Part shown: in pieces, positions 9,706-21,223 of the stretch
Position numbering within the stretch: the first letter of the stretch is position 1
Layout of the letters: each line of letters starts with the position of its first letter
Source of the DNA: an uncultured Granulicella sp.
GTDB lineage: Bacteria > Acidobacteriota > Terriglobia > Terriglobales > Acidobacteriaceae
Length of the DNA stretch: 64,000 nucleotides
Direction: 5' to 3'
Assembly: GCA_965198625.1 (NCBI GenBank)
Contig: OZ240667.1
Coordinates: 3,967,669-4,031,668, forward strand
The notes under the pieces: generated by a model
The model's input: only the letters and a program-made list of their open reading frames with translations
Database searches by the model: none
Told to the model about the DNA's origin: nothing
Made by a program: the position numbers and the translations under genes

Positions 9706-10956
9706 ATGTTGAGAACATTGTGGGCAAACAGGAACGGGCACGGAATCGCGCAGCTCAGCATCGCCCCGCCGGCACTCGCGCTGCTCTTATCTGCGCTGCT
9801 CTTGGGGTCGCCCATCTTCTTTGCGCCCGCGCATGCTCAGGCTCCAACCCCAACCCCGCCCATGGGGTGGAACAGCTGGAACCACTTCGCGAAGGCCGTC
9901 GACGATAAGACCATCCGCGCCCAGGCCGATGCCATGGTCGCCAGCGGCATGCGCGACGCCGGCTACCTCTACGTCAACATCGACGACACCTGGGAAGGCG
10001 AGCGCGACGCCCGCGGCGAAATCCAGCCCAACGGCAAGTTCCCCGACATGAAGGCGCTGGCGGACTACGTCCATAGCAAAGGCCTGAAGCTCGGCATCTA
10101 CTCCTCTCCCGGCGCCAAGACCTGTGCCGGGTACGCCGGCAGCCTGGGGCACGTGGATCAGGACGCGGCAACCTACGCGAAGTGGGGCATCGACTACCTG
10201 AAGTACGACCTGTGCGGCCTGCGCGAGGAGATGAAGAAGCTGTCCGATGCTGACGCGCGCCGCCGCATGATGGTGGACGCCTACGCCACCATGCAGCATG
10301 CGCTCGCCAAGACTGGCCGGTCCATCGTCTACAGCCTCTGCCAGTACGGCGACAGCGCAGTGTGGCGCTGGGGACCCACCGTCGGCGCGAACCTCTGGCG
10401 CACCACCGGCGACATCACCGACAAGTACGAGCGCATGGCGACGCTCGGCTTCGGACAGGCCGGCCTCGCACCCTTTGCCGGCAAAGGTCACTGGAACGAT
10501 CCCGACATGCTCGAGGTCGGCAACGGCGGCATGAGCCTCGATGAGTACCGGACCCACATGAGCCTCTGGGCCATCCTTGCTGCGCCCCTCATCGCCGGCA
10601 ACGATCTTACCCACATGACGCCCGAGACCGTCGCGCTGCTCACCAGCCCCGGCGTCATCGCCATCGATCAGGATGCCGCCGGGATCCAGGGCGACCGCGC
10701 GTATGCCGAGGGACCCATCGAAATCTGGGTCCGTCCGTTATCCGACGGGTCCAAAGCCGTGGGCATCTTCAACCGGCACCCCGCCGTCCTGCCGGTGGAG
10801 GTGGACTTCGGCAAGCTCGGCTTTCGCGGCCCGGTGCGTGCGCATGACGTCTGGCAAGCCACGGAACTCGGCAGGATCGCCCAGCCCGTTCTCTACCAGG
10901 TCCCCGCGCACGGTGTGCTGCTGCTGCGCGTCACCGCCGATCAACCTGCCCGCTGA
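9706..10956 (+). CDS. Glycoside hydrolase family 27 (alpha-galactosidase-like), secreted
   Basis: TPPMGWNSWN, VNIDDTW, DYLKYD, WRTTGDI, WNDPDML. Confidence 0.93.
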   Translation: MLRTLWANRNGHGIAQLSIAPPALALLLSALLLGSPIFFAPAHAQAPTPTPPMGWNSWNHFAKAVDDKTIRAQADAMVASGMRDAGYLYVNIDDTWEGERDARGEIQPNGKFPDMKALADYVHSKGLKLGIYSSPGAKTCAGYAGSLGHVDQDAATYAKWGIDYLKYDLCGLREEMKKLSDADARRRMMVDAYATMQHALAKTGRSIVYSLCQYGDSAVWRWGPTVGANLWRTTGDITDKYERMATLGFGQAGLAPFAGKGHWNDPDMLEVGNGGMSLDEYRTHMSLWAILAAPLIAGNDLTHMTPETVALLTSPGVIAIDQDAAGIQGDRAYAEGPIEIWVRPLSDGSKAVGIFNRHPAVLPVEVDFGKLGFRGPVRAHDVWQATELGRIAQPVLYQVPAHGVLLLRVTADQPAR

Positions 10957-10999
10957 CTCTCATCATTACGTGATCAGCGGGCTTGACGAGGACACGACC

Positions 11000-11443
11000 T
11001 TAGCGCACTGCGTGATGTGCGAAAACCATCTCGCCGGAACTCCTGCTGCGCTGCGCTCCTTTCTCTTTCGCTGCGGCGCGTGCGCGGTTGTGTGCGATCG
11101 TGTCCCTGTTCTTCGCTGCCCACAGATGCAGCGGCACCAGCGCCCCGCGCAACGTCTGGCCCAATTGGGTTAGCTCGTAGTCTACCCGCGGCGGCACGGA
11201 AGGGAACAGCGTACGCGTCACCAGGCCGTCCGTCTCCAGTCGTTTCAAGGTCATCGTCAGCATCCGTTGCGAGATGCCGCTGACTCGCCGCTGAATCTCG
11301 TTGTAGCGCAGGGAACCCTTGGAGAGCGCTCCCACAACCATAATTGTCCACTTGTCCCCGACACTCGCCAGCACGCCCGCCAGGCTCTTGCAGTCGACGG
11401 CGGACAATGCGCTGTCAGGAACAGAAATGTTCACTTCGCTCAT
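11000..11443 (-). CDS. HxlR-family winged-helix regulator
   Basis: GDKW, ISQRMLT..LKRLE.DGLV.R, VPPRVDYELT. Confidence 0.92.
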   Translation of the reverse strand: MSEVNISVPDSALSAVDCKSLAGVLASVGDKWTIMVVGALSKGSLRYNEIQRRVSGISQRMLTMTLKRLETDGLVTRTLFPSVPPRVDYELTQLGQTLRGALVPLHLWAAKNRDTIAHNRARAAAKEKGAQRSRSSGEMVFAHHAVR

Positions 11444-11553
11444 AAGAGTGCCTCCTTGTGCAGCTTCCGCGCACCTACCATCCTAGCGCTACGAACCAGG
11501 CGTTCGCGTCGCGTGTGAGCACGACTGGATGCGGCGAGGAACGAAGGACCTTA

Positions 11554-13110
11554 TTACGGCAGTGGTCCAAAGCCCGGCGGCGGCTGCCGATGTTTGGTCG
11601 CTTGTTCATAGGAGTAAGCCAGCTTGAACAAGGTCGGCTCGCTGAACGAACGGCCCAGCATACTCACGCCCGCCGGCAGCATGCCGTGCGTAAAGCCGAT
11701 CGGAACCGTAATCGCCGGCATGCCCGTCGGCGGCGCGAGTTGCTGGCTGTTATCGCCTCCCGGGCTCTTCATGTCGCCGACCTTTCGCGGCGGGTTGCTC
11801 CACGTCGGATAGATCACCGCATCGATCCTGGCTGCGTCCATCGCCGCCACTATCGCATCCCGAAACGCAATCTTCTTTTCGTCGTGGTACGTGTCCAGAC
11901 ACGGGCCCGGCCTCGCGTTAGGATTGCTCTTCGGGTCGAGCGCGCGCTTGATGCGCTCCTGAACACTGGGCAGGTAAAGTCCCGAGTCATAGATTTCCTG
12001 AAGGCTATGGTAAGGTGCGTTGCTGCCGTGAACTGCGAAGTATTCCTTCAGGTCCGCCTGGAGATCACCGCAGCCCGCTCCCTTCGACACTGTCTCGAAG
12101 TCAGGAATGTCGAAGTCCACCACCTCCGCTCCCTGCGTCTTCATCTCTTCGATCGCCTTCTCCATCAAAGCTTTGATCTCAGGATCGGTCGTCGGCGCGT
12201 TGATGTAGCGGCGAAACACCCCTAGCCGCGCGCCCTTTAGCCCATTTCTGTCGAGAAACTTCGTGTAATCCTTCTCCACCTTGCCCTTCGCTTCAGCAGT
12301 CACCGGATCTGCGGGATCGAAGCCCGCCACCACGCTCAACACCGCCGCCGCATCCGCCACGCTTCGAGCCAGCGGCCCGCCAACATCTGCCTTCGAGTTC
12401 AGAGGAATGATCCCGTCGCGGCTCGTCAGACCCATCGTCGGCCGAATCCCCACCAGGTCATTGTGCGACGATGGACCGCGGATCGAATCGCCGGTATCGG
12501 ACCCCAGGCCAACCTCCACCAGGTTGGCCGCCACCGACGCCGCTGTGCCGCCGCTCGAGCCCGCCGGCACCCGCTCCAGATCATACGGATTGCGCGTGAT
12601 GCCGTCGATCGAACTCTCCGTCACCACCGGGCTGAACGCCCACTCCGCCATGTTCGACTTGAAAAGGATAATGGCTCCAGCTTCGCGGATCTTCTTCACC
12701 ATGAACGCGTCGTCAGTCGGCATAAATCCCTTCATCGCCAGCGAGCCCGCCGTCGTCTGCAGCCCCTTGGTGTCGTAGTTATCCTTCACCACCATCACGA
12801 TGCCTTGCAGTGGACGCAGCGTGTGGGTTCGCGCGAACTCCTGGTCCAGCCTGTCCGCATCCCCCAGGGCCGTTGGATTTAGCGTCACCACCGTGTTCAG
12901 CCGCGTGGATTGATCGTAGACGCGAATACGCTCCAGGTAGATCTCCACCAGCTGCCGGCAGGTCACTCTGCCCGCGCGGATCGCCGCCTGCGTATCGGCA
13001 ATCGTCGTCTCCATCACGTCAAAGCGGGGAGCCGCGGCCTTCGAATTCTGTGCATGCCCTGCAGGGCAGAGGATCGCAAAGGCAAGCGCCGCGCGCACAA
13101 GACGAATCAT
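11554..13110 (-). CDS. Amidase-signature family amidase with Sec signal peptide
   Basis: VKDN (Lys), [17 protein letters not shown] triad; GGAGG before ATG 13110. Confidence 0.92.
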   Translation of the reverse strand: MIRLVRAALAFAILCPAGHAQNSKAAAPRFDVMETTIADTQAAIRAGRVTCRQLVEIYLERIRVYDQSTRLNTVVTLNPTALGDADRLDQEFARTHTLRPLQGIVMVVKDNYDTKGLQTTAGSLAMKGFMPTDDAFMVKKIREAGAIILFKSNMAEWAFSPVVTESSIDGITRNPYDLERVPAGSSGGTAASVAANLVEVGLGSDTGDSIRGPSSHNDLVGIRPTMGLTSRDGIIPLNSKADVGGPLARSVADAAAVLSVVAGFDPADPVTAEAKGKVEKDYTKFLDRNGLKGARLGVFRRYINAPTTDPEIKALMEKAIEEMKTQGAEVVDFDIPDFETVSKGAGCGDLQADLKEYFAVHGSNAPYHSLQEIYDSGLYLPSVQERIKRALDPKSNPNARPGPCLDTYHDEKKIAFRDAIVAAMDAARIDAVIYPTWSNPPRKVGDMKSPGGDNSQQLAPPTGMPAITVPIGFTHGMLPAGVSMLGRSFSEPTLFKLAYSYEQATKHRQPPPGFGPLP

Positions 13111-13673
13111 CAGTTTGGTACCTCCATGCAATGCGGATCACAGGTGAGCTATTAACACGCTAGCGAATGATGATTTGTTTCATCTTCCATGGAGTTTCCT
13201 CCTGCTGGAGTGAGAAACCACTGTCACTTACAGTACTCAACGGTGCTCTGCTTTCGAGCAGCCGCGCCTTTTTTCGAAATAATCTCTTTTTCTCTTGGCA
13301 TTTCCTCCGTGCTCATGTCATGTTTGTCGTGTCACCCAAAAATGAATTGCTTGATGCACTGAACCGGCACTCGATTCAGTTCTTTTCCTAAGCACCGCAC
13401 CTGTTGCGCTTCCTGCAGCTGCCAGGCAGGCTGCACCTCTGCATCCACTGGCACCTGGATGCCGGCACGGAAAATCCTGGCGCTTAAGCGTTTCTTCCGC
13501 GCTAAGTCAACTCCTTTGCGGTGATCCACGAGCCAACCAGACTTCCATACGTGCCTGGTTACCGCGCAATAAGTCGTTGCCGCACATTAGCTGTTACCGC
13601 ATTAGATCGTCCGACTGCAGGCCCTAATTCATTGCTTGGAAAAAACACGGCCCAAACCGTGCAGGAGAGCCTC

Positions 13674-16600
13674 ATGCAAAAATTCCTTCTCTGTTTCCTC
13701 AGTCTCGCCTTCGCTCTTCCGTCTGCGCCGCTCCTCGGTCAAGCCGCCGTCGCCGGCAAGATCACCGGCGTCGTCACCGATCCGCAGGGCGCCGTCATTC
13801 AGGGGGCAATCGTCACCGCGACCAGCACCGCGCTCTTGCAGCCCAAGGTGCAGAAGTCCGTCGCCGGCGGCGTATACGAGCTGGAAGATCTCCCGCCCGG
13901 TGAGTATCAGCTCACCGCCAGCATGCCCGGCTTCAAGGGCTTTGTGGAGAAGGGAATCGTCCTCACCGCGTCCTTCGTTGCGACCGTCAACATTCCGCTT
14001 GCCACCGGAGACGCGGCCGATACCATCACCGTCACCGGCTCTGACCCCGTCGTCGATGTGCAGAGTCCAACCTCGCCCACCACCTTCGACTCCACTCTGC
14101 TCGCCAACAGCCCCAGCGGCAACGATCCCTGGTCCATGCTCGCGCAGACGCCCGGGGTCACCACCAGCACCTTCGACGTCGGTGGCAACAACAGCTACCA
14201 GCAGTCCTCTGAATCCGTACACGGCAGCAAGACCACCGAACAGACCTACGTCTTCAACGGTCTTCCGTTAGAGGCGACCAGCGGTACATCCACCGACTTC
14301 TACGTCGACCCCTACTCCTTCTCCGAGGCCCAGGTCGTCACCGACGCCGCTCCTCCCGAGATCCCCACCGGCGGCGCGTACCTCAACATGATTACCCGCC
14401 AGGGCTCCAATTCGATCCACGGCTTCGTCGCCTTCAACTACGAGGACGACAAGACCCAGCGGCAGATCTCGGCGCCCGTCTTCACTCCGCTCATCGCCAA
14501 CGCGGCGCCCGTCACCGTGCTCAACGCAGGCTCGCCCTTCATCCGCGCCTACGATTCGGCTGTCGATGTCGGCGGCCCCATCCTCAAGGACCGCTGGTGG
14601 ATCTTCGGCGCCTACCGCGCCTACCAGTTGAAGCAGCAGCTCTACGCCAGCCCGCTCCCAAACCCCACCACCGGCGCCCCGCCACCGGCCAACAACCCCG
14701 GACTTTACGGCTTCGGTACCGACGTCAATCATCAGAGCAACACCACCTTGCGCAACGACATCCAGATCAACTCCAAAAATGAGTTCAACGCCATCTGGCA
14801 CTGGCAGTACATCAATCGCTTCTATCGCCGGCTCACCTACAGCTATGTCGATCAGGACGCCGCTCAGCGTCAGATCGAGCCCGCCTACATCGTCCAGGCG
14901 CAGGAGACCTACACGCCCTCGTCCCACATCACGTTCGATAGCCGCATCGGGTTCCTGCAGGTCATCTTCCCGCTGCGCTATGAAACCGGCGTCGCCAGCC
15001 AGACCATCTCCGCCGCCGACATCGGGCTCTCGACGCTCAAGTATGCCGGGCAGGAAAACTACGTCGACAAGGAACAGCTCGGACGCGTCACCGAAACCAT
15101 GTCCTACTTCAAGGGTGGATGGGCCGGTTCGCATAACTTCAAAGTCGGTGTGGACTTCGCTCTCGGCCAACGCATCCAGAACTACAACTACAACCAGGAC
15201 ATGCTCGAGTTCTACAGCAGCAGTTCCATCCCCGACACCACGCCAAACTCCGTCCGGATTGAAAACGGCCCCATCCGGTTCAACACCTGGACCCATGCGC
15301 GCGCGGCCTTTCTTCAGGATGCCTGGACGCTGAACCGGCACGTCACCTTGAGCCTCGGCCTGCGCTACGACCACAGCGACGCCTATGTGCCGCAGCAGTG
15401 CAATCCCGCCCTGGGCAACTCCACCTTTGCAGGTCTGTTCCCTAATCGCTGCATCTCCGATACGCAGAACGCGTACGCCAGTCTGGTGGCTACTCCCGGG
15501 ACCACCCGCACCCAACTCGGCCCGCTCACCAACTTCAGCAGCGTCGACTCCTACGACAATGTCGTCCCGCGCATCAGCGTCGCCTACGACCCCACCGGCC
15601 GCGGCAACCAGGTCATCCGCGCCGGCTTCAACATGTTCACCAACAACGTCGGAACCAGCCTCGCTGACTCCGCCAACCCCAACGGCACCGGCTATCTGAC
15701 CTACTACTGGAACGGCTCCTTCATCGCCAACTCCGCCACCGCCGGCGCCATCAACTCCGCCACGCCCGACTACACCAGGTTCATCCCGTCCTGCACCAGC
15801 CCCACCACCGGCGTCACCCTGCCCACCGGCACCGGCGGCTGCCTGCCCAGTGGAACCTATACCGGCGGTGCACTCTCCGGCGTGGGCGGTTACGTCAGCA
15901 CCACCGGCGGCCTCGCCGGCTACGTCGACCCCAACCTCAAGCGCCCCTACTCCATCGAGTACAACGTCGGCTATCAGCGCACCGTGCTCCGCGATGTCTC
16001 GGTCGGCGTGGCGTACTACTACCGCACCACCAAGAACGTGCAGACCACTGCCAACATCAATGCGCCGCTCTCGGACTACACCCCCACCACGGTCTACCTC
16101 AGCGGTGCGAACAAGGGCAATCCCATCATCAATCCGCTCACCGGCGCTCCCATGACGCTCTACGCGCTCACCGGCAACAGCCGCACCTGCGCCGCCTCTT
16201 CAACCCAGACCGACAACGGCTGCGGCTGGACCGAAACCACCAACAACCCGCTCGTGAATCAGAACCACTACAACGGCCTGGAGTTTACGGCCACGCGCCG
16301 CCTGGTCGGGCGCTGGTCCGCGCTGGTCGGCTTCACCATCCAGAAGGATCACGGCTTCCAGACCAGCGGCGACTTCAACGATCCCAACCTGAACATCAAT
16401 CGCTACGGCGCACTCGACCAGGATTCCGAGTTCGTCGTCCGCGCGGACGTCACCTACCGCCTGCCGTGGAGGTTCCAGACCTCGGTCAACTATCAGCATG
16501 AGACCGGCTTCCCCATCACCCCCACCAACTCCTTCTCCGGCCTCGCTCCCGGCCAGATCACGGAGACAGTGGATCTCGGCCCCAACGGCACCTTGCGCTA

Positions 16601-16829
16601 TCCCGCCATCAACGACACCAACCTGCGCCTTGCGCGCATCACGCCCATCGGTGATCGCTTCAAGCTCGAGACCAGCTGCGACCTCTTCAACCTCTTCAAC
16701 GCCCATCCGACCACCGCCGAGACCGCCACCGAAGCGCAGTTGAACGGCGTCAACAGCGTGAACTTCACGCGGCCCTCCAACTTCCTCGGGCCGTTCGTCG
16801 CGCGCTTCAACGCCAGGTTGAGCTTCTGA
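13674..16829 (+). CDS. TonB-dependent receptor (Oar-like, N-terminal carboxypeptidase-regulatory-like domain)
   Basis: Signal peptide, GVVTDPQGAVI, GGPILKDRWW, FLQDAW..LSLGLRYD, C-terminal Phe; ATG after AGGAG. Confidence 0.92.
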   Translation: MQKFLLCFLSLAFALPSAPLLGQAAVAGKITGVVTDPQGAVIQGAIVTATSTALLQPKVQKSVAGGVYELEDLPPGEYQLTASMPGFKGFVEKGIVLTASFVATVNIPLATGDAADTITVTGSDPVVDVQSPTSPTTFDSTLLANSPSGNDPWSMLAQTPGVTTSTFDVGGNNSYQQSSESVHGSKTTEQTYVFNGLPLEATSGTSTDFYVDPYSFSEAQVVTDAAPPEIPTGGAYLNMITRQGSNSIHGFVAFNYEDDKTQRQISAPVFTPLIANAAPVTVLNAGSPFIRAYDSAVDVGGPILKDRWWIFGAYRAYQLKQQLYASPLPNPTTGAPPPANNPGLYGFGTDVNHQSNTTLRNDIQINSKNEFNAIWHWQYINRFYRRLTYSYVDQDAAQRQIEPAYIVQAQETYTPSSHITFDSRIGFLQVIFPLRYETGVASQTISAADIGLSTLKYAGQENYVDKEQLGRVTETMSYFKGGWAGSHNFKVGVDFALGQRIQNYNYNQDMLEFYSSSSIPDTTPNSVRIENGPIRFNTWTHARAAFLQDAWTLNRHVTLSLGLRYDHSDAYVPQQCNPALGNSTFAGLFPNRCISDTQNAYASLVATPGTTRTQLGPLTNFSSVDSYDNVVPRISVAYDPTGRGNQVIRAGFNMFTNNVGTSLADSANPNGTGYLTYYWNGSFIANSATAGAINSATPDYTRFIPSCTSPTTGVTLPTGTGGCLPSGTYTGGALSGVGGYVSTTGGLAGYVDPNLKRPYSIEYNVGYQRTVLRDVSVGVAYYYRTTKNVQTTANINAPLSDYTPTTVYLSGANKGNPIINPLTGAPMTLYALTGNSRTCAASSTQTDNGCGWTETTNNPLVNQNHYNGLEFTATRRLVGRWSALVGFTIQKDHGFQTSGDFNDPNLNINRYGALDQDSEFVVRADVTYRLPWRFQTSVNYQHETGFPITPTNSFSGLAPGQITETVDLGPNGTLRYPAINDTNLRLARITPIGDRFKLETSCDLFNLFNAHPTTAETATEAQLNGVNSVNFTRPSNFLGPFVARFNARLSF

Positions 16830-16839
16830 CCGGAACCAT

Positions 16840-16880
16840 GGGACGGCTGCCCGCCGCAGCCGTCCCGCGGCAGCCGTCCC
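16840..16880 (+). other. Intercistronic stem-loop after TBDR with a duplicated 3' arm
   Basis: GGGACGGCTGC pairs with GCAGCCGTCCC at 16856-16866 or at 16870-16880; no U tract. Confidence 0.55.
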
Positions 16881-16945
16881 GCTTGCTTCCCACGCCCGCA
16901 AGGAGAGCTCTCCTCCTGGTAGCGAAACCGGAACGAAAGGTTGAT

Positions 16946-19156
16946 ATGAAGTCCACGCATCTGCCTCCGCGCCTGCTCCTGGCGCCGCTTCTCTTCGCCG
17001 CCTGCCTGCATCCGCGGCAACTTCACGCGCAGGAACCGCCGCGCGGCTCCATCACAATCGATCGCATCGCCGACATCAAGTACCCCACCGAGCAATCCTG
17101 GTCGCCCGACAGCAAGGCCGTCGCCTTTCTGTGGGACGCCGCCGGCAAGCAGGACCTCTACCTCTCGCAGGGCACCGGCGCGCCCGTCGCCCTCACCAAC
17201 TTCCCCGTAGACCCTGAAATCCTCACCTCCGACATCGGGCACTTCGAGTGGGTCTCCCCCGAAGAGATCTTCTTCTCGAAAGACGGCAGCCTCTGGACCG
17301 TCTCCACCGCCTCGCACAAGCCCGCCCGCCTGCCCGGCTTCCAGGGCGTCACCAACTTCTCTCTCTCCACCGACCGCAAACAGATCGCCTACATCAAGGC
17401 AGGCCAGGTCTGGGTCGGATCGCTCGCCGGTAAAACCGAACGGCAGTTGACGCGCATCACCGACGGCTCCCGCCTCTCCGGTCCCAGCTTTTCTCCCGAC
17501 GGCCAGTACGTCTCCTTCAACGCCAGCTTCTCCTCTGAAACGCCCGAGCCCATGCCCTACAACGGCAACCGCATGGAGGTCATGCGCAGCCGCACCTGGG
17601 GATCGCGGCTGGGCATCGTGTCCGTCTTCAGCGGTGATCCGGTCATGGTTCCCACCAGCGGCGGCGGAGGCGGCTTCGGCGGCAGAACCCAATGGGTCGA
17701 GGGTCCCGCTGTCGTTCGCGAGGAGTACTCCGGCGACCGCAAGACCCGCGAGCTCAAGGTCACCAGCGTCACCGGCGAGAGCCGCACCCTCTGGAAAGAC
17801 TACGACCCCGCCTGGATCTCGCTCGCCAACGGCCCGCGCACCGTCGCCTCACCCGACGGCAAGCAGATCGCCTTCATCAGCGATCGCAGCGGCTGGGCGC
17901 ATGTCTACGTCATTTCCGCCAGCGCCACGTCGGAGTCCCAGGCCCGCCAGCTCAGCAAGGGCAACTTCGGCGACTGCTTCGCCGCCTGGTCCCCCGATAG
18001 CCGCAAGCTCGCCTTTGCGCACAGCGAGGCCGACAACCAGCAGGAGCGCTTCATCTCCATCGCCGACGTCTCCACCGGCAAGCTTCAGCCGGTCGTCACC
18101 GCGCGCGGCGTCAACTACGATCCCGTCTTCTCGCCCGACGGCGCATCGCTTGCCTACCTGCGCTCCGCCGTCGAGCATCCGCAGGAGGTTTACACCGTAG
18201 CCATCGCCGCTCCCGGCCAGCCCTTGCACCCGCCCGCGCGCCTCACCGACTCGCTGCCCGCCGGCTTGAACCCCGCCGACCTCACCGCGCCCGTCGCCGT
18301 GCACTATCCCAGCCGCCAAGACCAGAAGCCCGTCCCCGCAACCCTCATGGTCGCCAGCTCTCTCGACAAGACCAAAAAGCATCCCGCCATCATTTGGATC
18401 CATGGCTCCGGCGCCGACCAGAACTACCTCGCCTGGCACCCCGGCTCCTACCGCATGTATTACGCCGTGAGCCAGTACTTCGCCCAGCAGGGCTACGTCG
18501 TCCTCACGCCGGACTACCGCGGCAGCTCCGGCTACAGCCGCGACTGGACCACCGGCGCCTTCCACGATCTCGGCGGCGGCGAGACCCAGGACGTCAACGG
18601 CGGAGCCGACTACCTCAAGACCCTCAGCTTCGTCGACCCCGACCGCATCGGCGTCTGGGGCCTCAGCTACGGCGGCTTCATGACGCTCCAGTCCATCATC
18701 ACCGCGCCCAAACTCTTCGCCTGCGCCATCGACGTCGCCGGCGTCGGCGACTGGGAGACCTGGACCACCGGCGGCGCGCTGCTCGGCCGTCTCGGCTCTA
18801 CGCCCGTAACCGACCCCGAGTTCTACGACCGCTCCGCGCCCGTCAAGCACCTCGACAAGATCGAGCGTCCTCTCATGATCCTGCAAGGCCTCAACGACAC
18901 CAACGTCCCGCTCTGGGAGACGATCAAAGTCGTCGACCGCCTCGAGAAGCTCGGCACCCCCTTCGACATGGCCTTCTATCCCGGCGAGATCCACTTCTTC
19001 CGCCGCACCTTCGTCCTGCGCGACGCCTGGCGACGCAGTGAAGCCTTCTTCGACCTGCATCTCAAGGCGCCTGCCGTGCCCTTGAAGTCCGCCGATGTCA
19101 CCCTCCCGCCGGGATCTCAATCGCCGCCCATCATCACCGCTGCCCACTCGAAGTAG
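16946..19156 (+). CDS. S9 family (prolyl oligopeptidase-like) peptidase with PD40 propeller
   Basis: Repeated WSPD/FSPDG; GLSYGG nucleophile, DTNV Asp, GEIH His. Confidence 0.92.
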   Translation: MKSTHLPPRLLLAPLLFAACLHPRQLHAQEPPRGSITIDRIADIKYPTEQSWSPDSKAVAFLWDAAGKQDLYLSQGTGAPVALTNFPVDPEILTSDIGHFEWVSPEEIFFSKDGSLWTVSTASHKPARLPGFQGVTNFSLSTDRKQIAYIKAGQVWVGSLAGKTERQLTRITDGSRLSGPSFSPDGQYVSFNASFSSETPEPMPYNGNRMEVMRSRTWGSRLGIVSVFSGDPVMVPTSGGGGGFGGRTQWVEGPAVVREEYSGDRKTRELKVTSVTGESRTLWKDYDPAWISLANGPRTVASPDGKQIAFISDRSGWAHVYVISASATSESQARQLSKGNFGDCFAAWSPDSRKLAFAHSEADNQQERFISIADVSTGKLQPVVTARGVNYDPVFSPDGASLAYLRSAVEHPQEVYTVAIAAPGQPLHPPARLTDSLPAGLNPADLTAPVAVHYPSRQDQKPVPATLMVASSLDKTKKHPAIIWIHGSGADQNYLAWHPGSYRMYYAVSQYFAQQGYVVLTPDYRGSSGYSRDWTTGAFHDLGGGETQDVNGGADYLKTLSFVDPDRIGVWGLSYGGFMTLQSIITAPKLFACAIDVAGVGDWETWTTGGALLGRLGSTPVTDPEFYDRSAPVKHLDKIERPLMILQGLNDTNVPLWETIKVVDRLEKLGTPFDMAFYPGEIHFFRRTFVLRDAWRRSEAFFDLHLKAPAVPLKSADVTLPPGSQSPPIITAAHSK

Positions 19157-19244
19157 CCGCTTTGCTCCCCTTGAAACCTGTTCGCCTGCCGGGCAGGACG
19201 AAACAGCTTTGGAGGTTCCTATGTCTCTAGCTGCGGAGGTTCCG

Positions 19245-21146
19245 ATGTCTCTCGATCGTCGTCACTTTCTCACCACCTGCAGTCAGCTCGGCCTTGCCTC
19301 CACCCTCTTGCCCGGCGCGCTCTACACCCTGGCCGTCGAGGCCCAGGCGCAAAGCAAACACATCACCGCCGCCATGATCGACGAGGCAGCTATCATCGCC
19401 GGCGTACCCATCGCGCCCGATCAGAAGGCCGCCATGCTGGCCAATCTCAACTCCACCCGCAAGAGCTTCGACGAGCTGCGCGAGCTGCACATGCCCAACT
19501 CCGTCCCGCCCGCCTTCGTCTTCAATCCGCTCCCGCCCGGCCAGCTGCCCGCGCCGCCGCCCCCCGGCGCCGACCCGCGCAAGCCCCTGCACATCAGCTC
19601 TGCGCCCGCCATCGCAGGCAAAGACGTTCCCCGCGATTTGAACGACCTCGCCTTCGCCACCGTTCGTGAGCTCGGCGAGCTCGTCTACCGCAGAAAGGTC
19701 TCGTCCCTCGCCCTCACCCAGATGTACCTGGCGCGACTCAAGAAGTACGACCCGCAGATGCACTTCGTCATCAACCTCACCGAAGACCGCGGTCTCGCGC
19801 AGGCCAGGGAAGCAGACCGGGAGATCGCCGCCGGGAAGTATCGCGGCATCCTGCACGGACTCCCCTGGGGCGGCAAGGATCTGCTCGCGGTCAAAGGTTA
19901 TCCCACCACCTGGGGCGCCGGCGGCTTCGAGCACCAGATGCTCGATTACGACGCAACTGTCGTCCAGCGTCTCGATGCCGCCGGCGCTGTCCTCATCGCC
20001 AAGCTCAGCCTCGGTTCACTCGCCCTCGGCGATCGCTGGTTCGGCGGCCAGACCCGCAATCCCTGGAACACCACGCAGGGCTCAAGCGGCTCATCCGCCG
20101 GCCCCGCATCCGCCACCTCCGCCGGCTGCGTCGCCTTCTCCATCGGCTCTGAGACCGGCGGCTCCATCTCCGCGCCCTCCACCCGCTGCGGCGTCACCGG
20201 CTTCCGCCCCACCTTCGGCTTCGTGCCCCACACCGGCGCTATGACCCTCAGCTGGACCATGGACAAGCTCGGCCCCATCTGCCGTTCCGTCGAGGACTGC
20301 GCCCTCGTCATGCAGGCCATCTGGGGACCCGACGGCCAGGACGAAGCCTGTCAAAACGCCTGGTTCGAGTGGAACGCCAGCTTCGACTGGAAGAAGCTCC
20401 GCATCGGCTACCTCAAGGATGACTTCGAGAAGCCCTGGACCCAGGCCACGCCTCCACCTCCCGCCGATGCCACCCCCGAGGAGCTGAAATCCTACGAACG
20501 CCGCAAGGCGAACGAACCGGCCACACTCGCCGCCCGCGAGTACGATCGCACCTTCGATCTCGCCGCGCTCGCCGTCCTCAGGAAAATGGGCGTGACGCTT
20601 ATCCCCGTCGAGATCCCCAGGTTCCCCTACGACGCCATGCGCAGCATCTACACCACCGAGGGTGCCGCCGCCTTCAACGATCTCACCCTCTCCGGACGCG
20701 ACAAGCTGCTCTACGAGGCCAGCCAGAGCACCTGGCCCAACGCCTTCCGCGCAGCCCGCTTCTACCCGGCAGTCGAGTACATCCAGACCATGCGCGCCCG
20801 CACGCTCGCCATCCAGGCCTTCGCCGGCGTCTTCCGGCAGGTCGATGTCGTCGTCTGCCCCACCAGCGGCCCCAGCAACCAGGTCACCGTCACCAACCTC
20901 ACCGGACATCCCGCGGTCATCGTGCCCAACGGGCTGCGCAGCCAAGACGCACCCGTCGCTCCGGCTCCGCCCGCCGCGGCCGGTTCTCCCGCTGCTGCCG
21001 GCTTCGGCAACCAGGGCGGTGGTCCCGGCACACCCGTCAGCCTCACCTTCCTCGGCGCGCTCTACAAGGACGCCGAAACCTGCGCCTTCGCCCACGCCTA
21101 CCAGCAGGCCACCGCCTTCCATCAACTGCACCCGCCGCTCAGCTGA
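19245..21146 (+). CDS. Tat-exported amidase-signature amidase (paralogue A)
   Basis: DRRHFL twin-Arg signal; GGKDLL, GSSGSSAG, GSETGGSI; alternative in-frame start at 19221. Confidence 0.9.
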   Translation: MSLDRRHFLTTCSQLGLASTLLPGALYTLAVEAQAQSKHITAAMIDEAAIIAGVPIAPDQKAAMLANLNSTRKSFDELRELHMPNSVPPAFVFNPLPPGQLPAPPPPGADPRKPLHISSAPAIAGKDVPRDLNDLAFATVRELGELVYRRKVSSLALTQMYLARLKKYDPQMHFVINLTEDRGLAQAREADREIAAGKYRGILHGLPWGGKDLLAVKGYPTTWGAGGFEHQMLDYDATVVQRLDAAGAVLIAKLSLGSLALGDRWFGGQTRNPWNTTQGSSGSSAGPASATSAGCVAFSIGSETGGSISAPSTRCGVTGFRPTFGFVPHTGAMTLSWTMDKLGPICRSVEDCALVMQAIWGPDGQDEACQNAWFEWNASFDWKKLRIGYLKDDFEKPWTQATPPPPADATPEELKSYERRKANEPATLAAREYDRTFDLAALAVLRKMGVTLIPVEIPRFPYDAMRSIYTTEGAAAFNDLTLSGRDKLLYEASQSTWPNAFRAARFYPAVEYIQTMRARTLAIQAFAGVFRQVDVVVCPTSGPSNQVTVTNLTGHPAVIVPNGLRSQDAPVAPAPPAAAGSPAAAGFGNQGGGPGTPVSLTFLGALYKDAETCAFAHAYQQATAFHQLHPPLS

Positions 21147-21223
21147 CCACCACGCTCCCAGCACCCTGACCGCACCCAGCAGCATCGCCCCCCAGCATCA
21201 CGCCGCTTCTCAGGAGGATGTTC

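Noticed and set aside
13440-13480. Sigma54 promoter (TGGCAC)
   Set aside because: GG-to-GC spacing is 9 nt, not the required 10.
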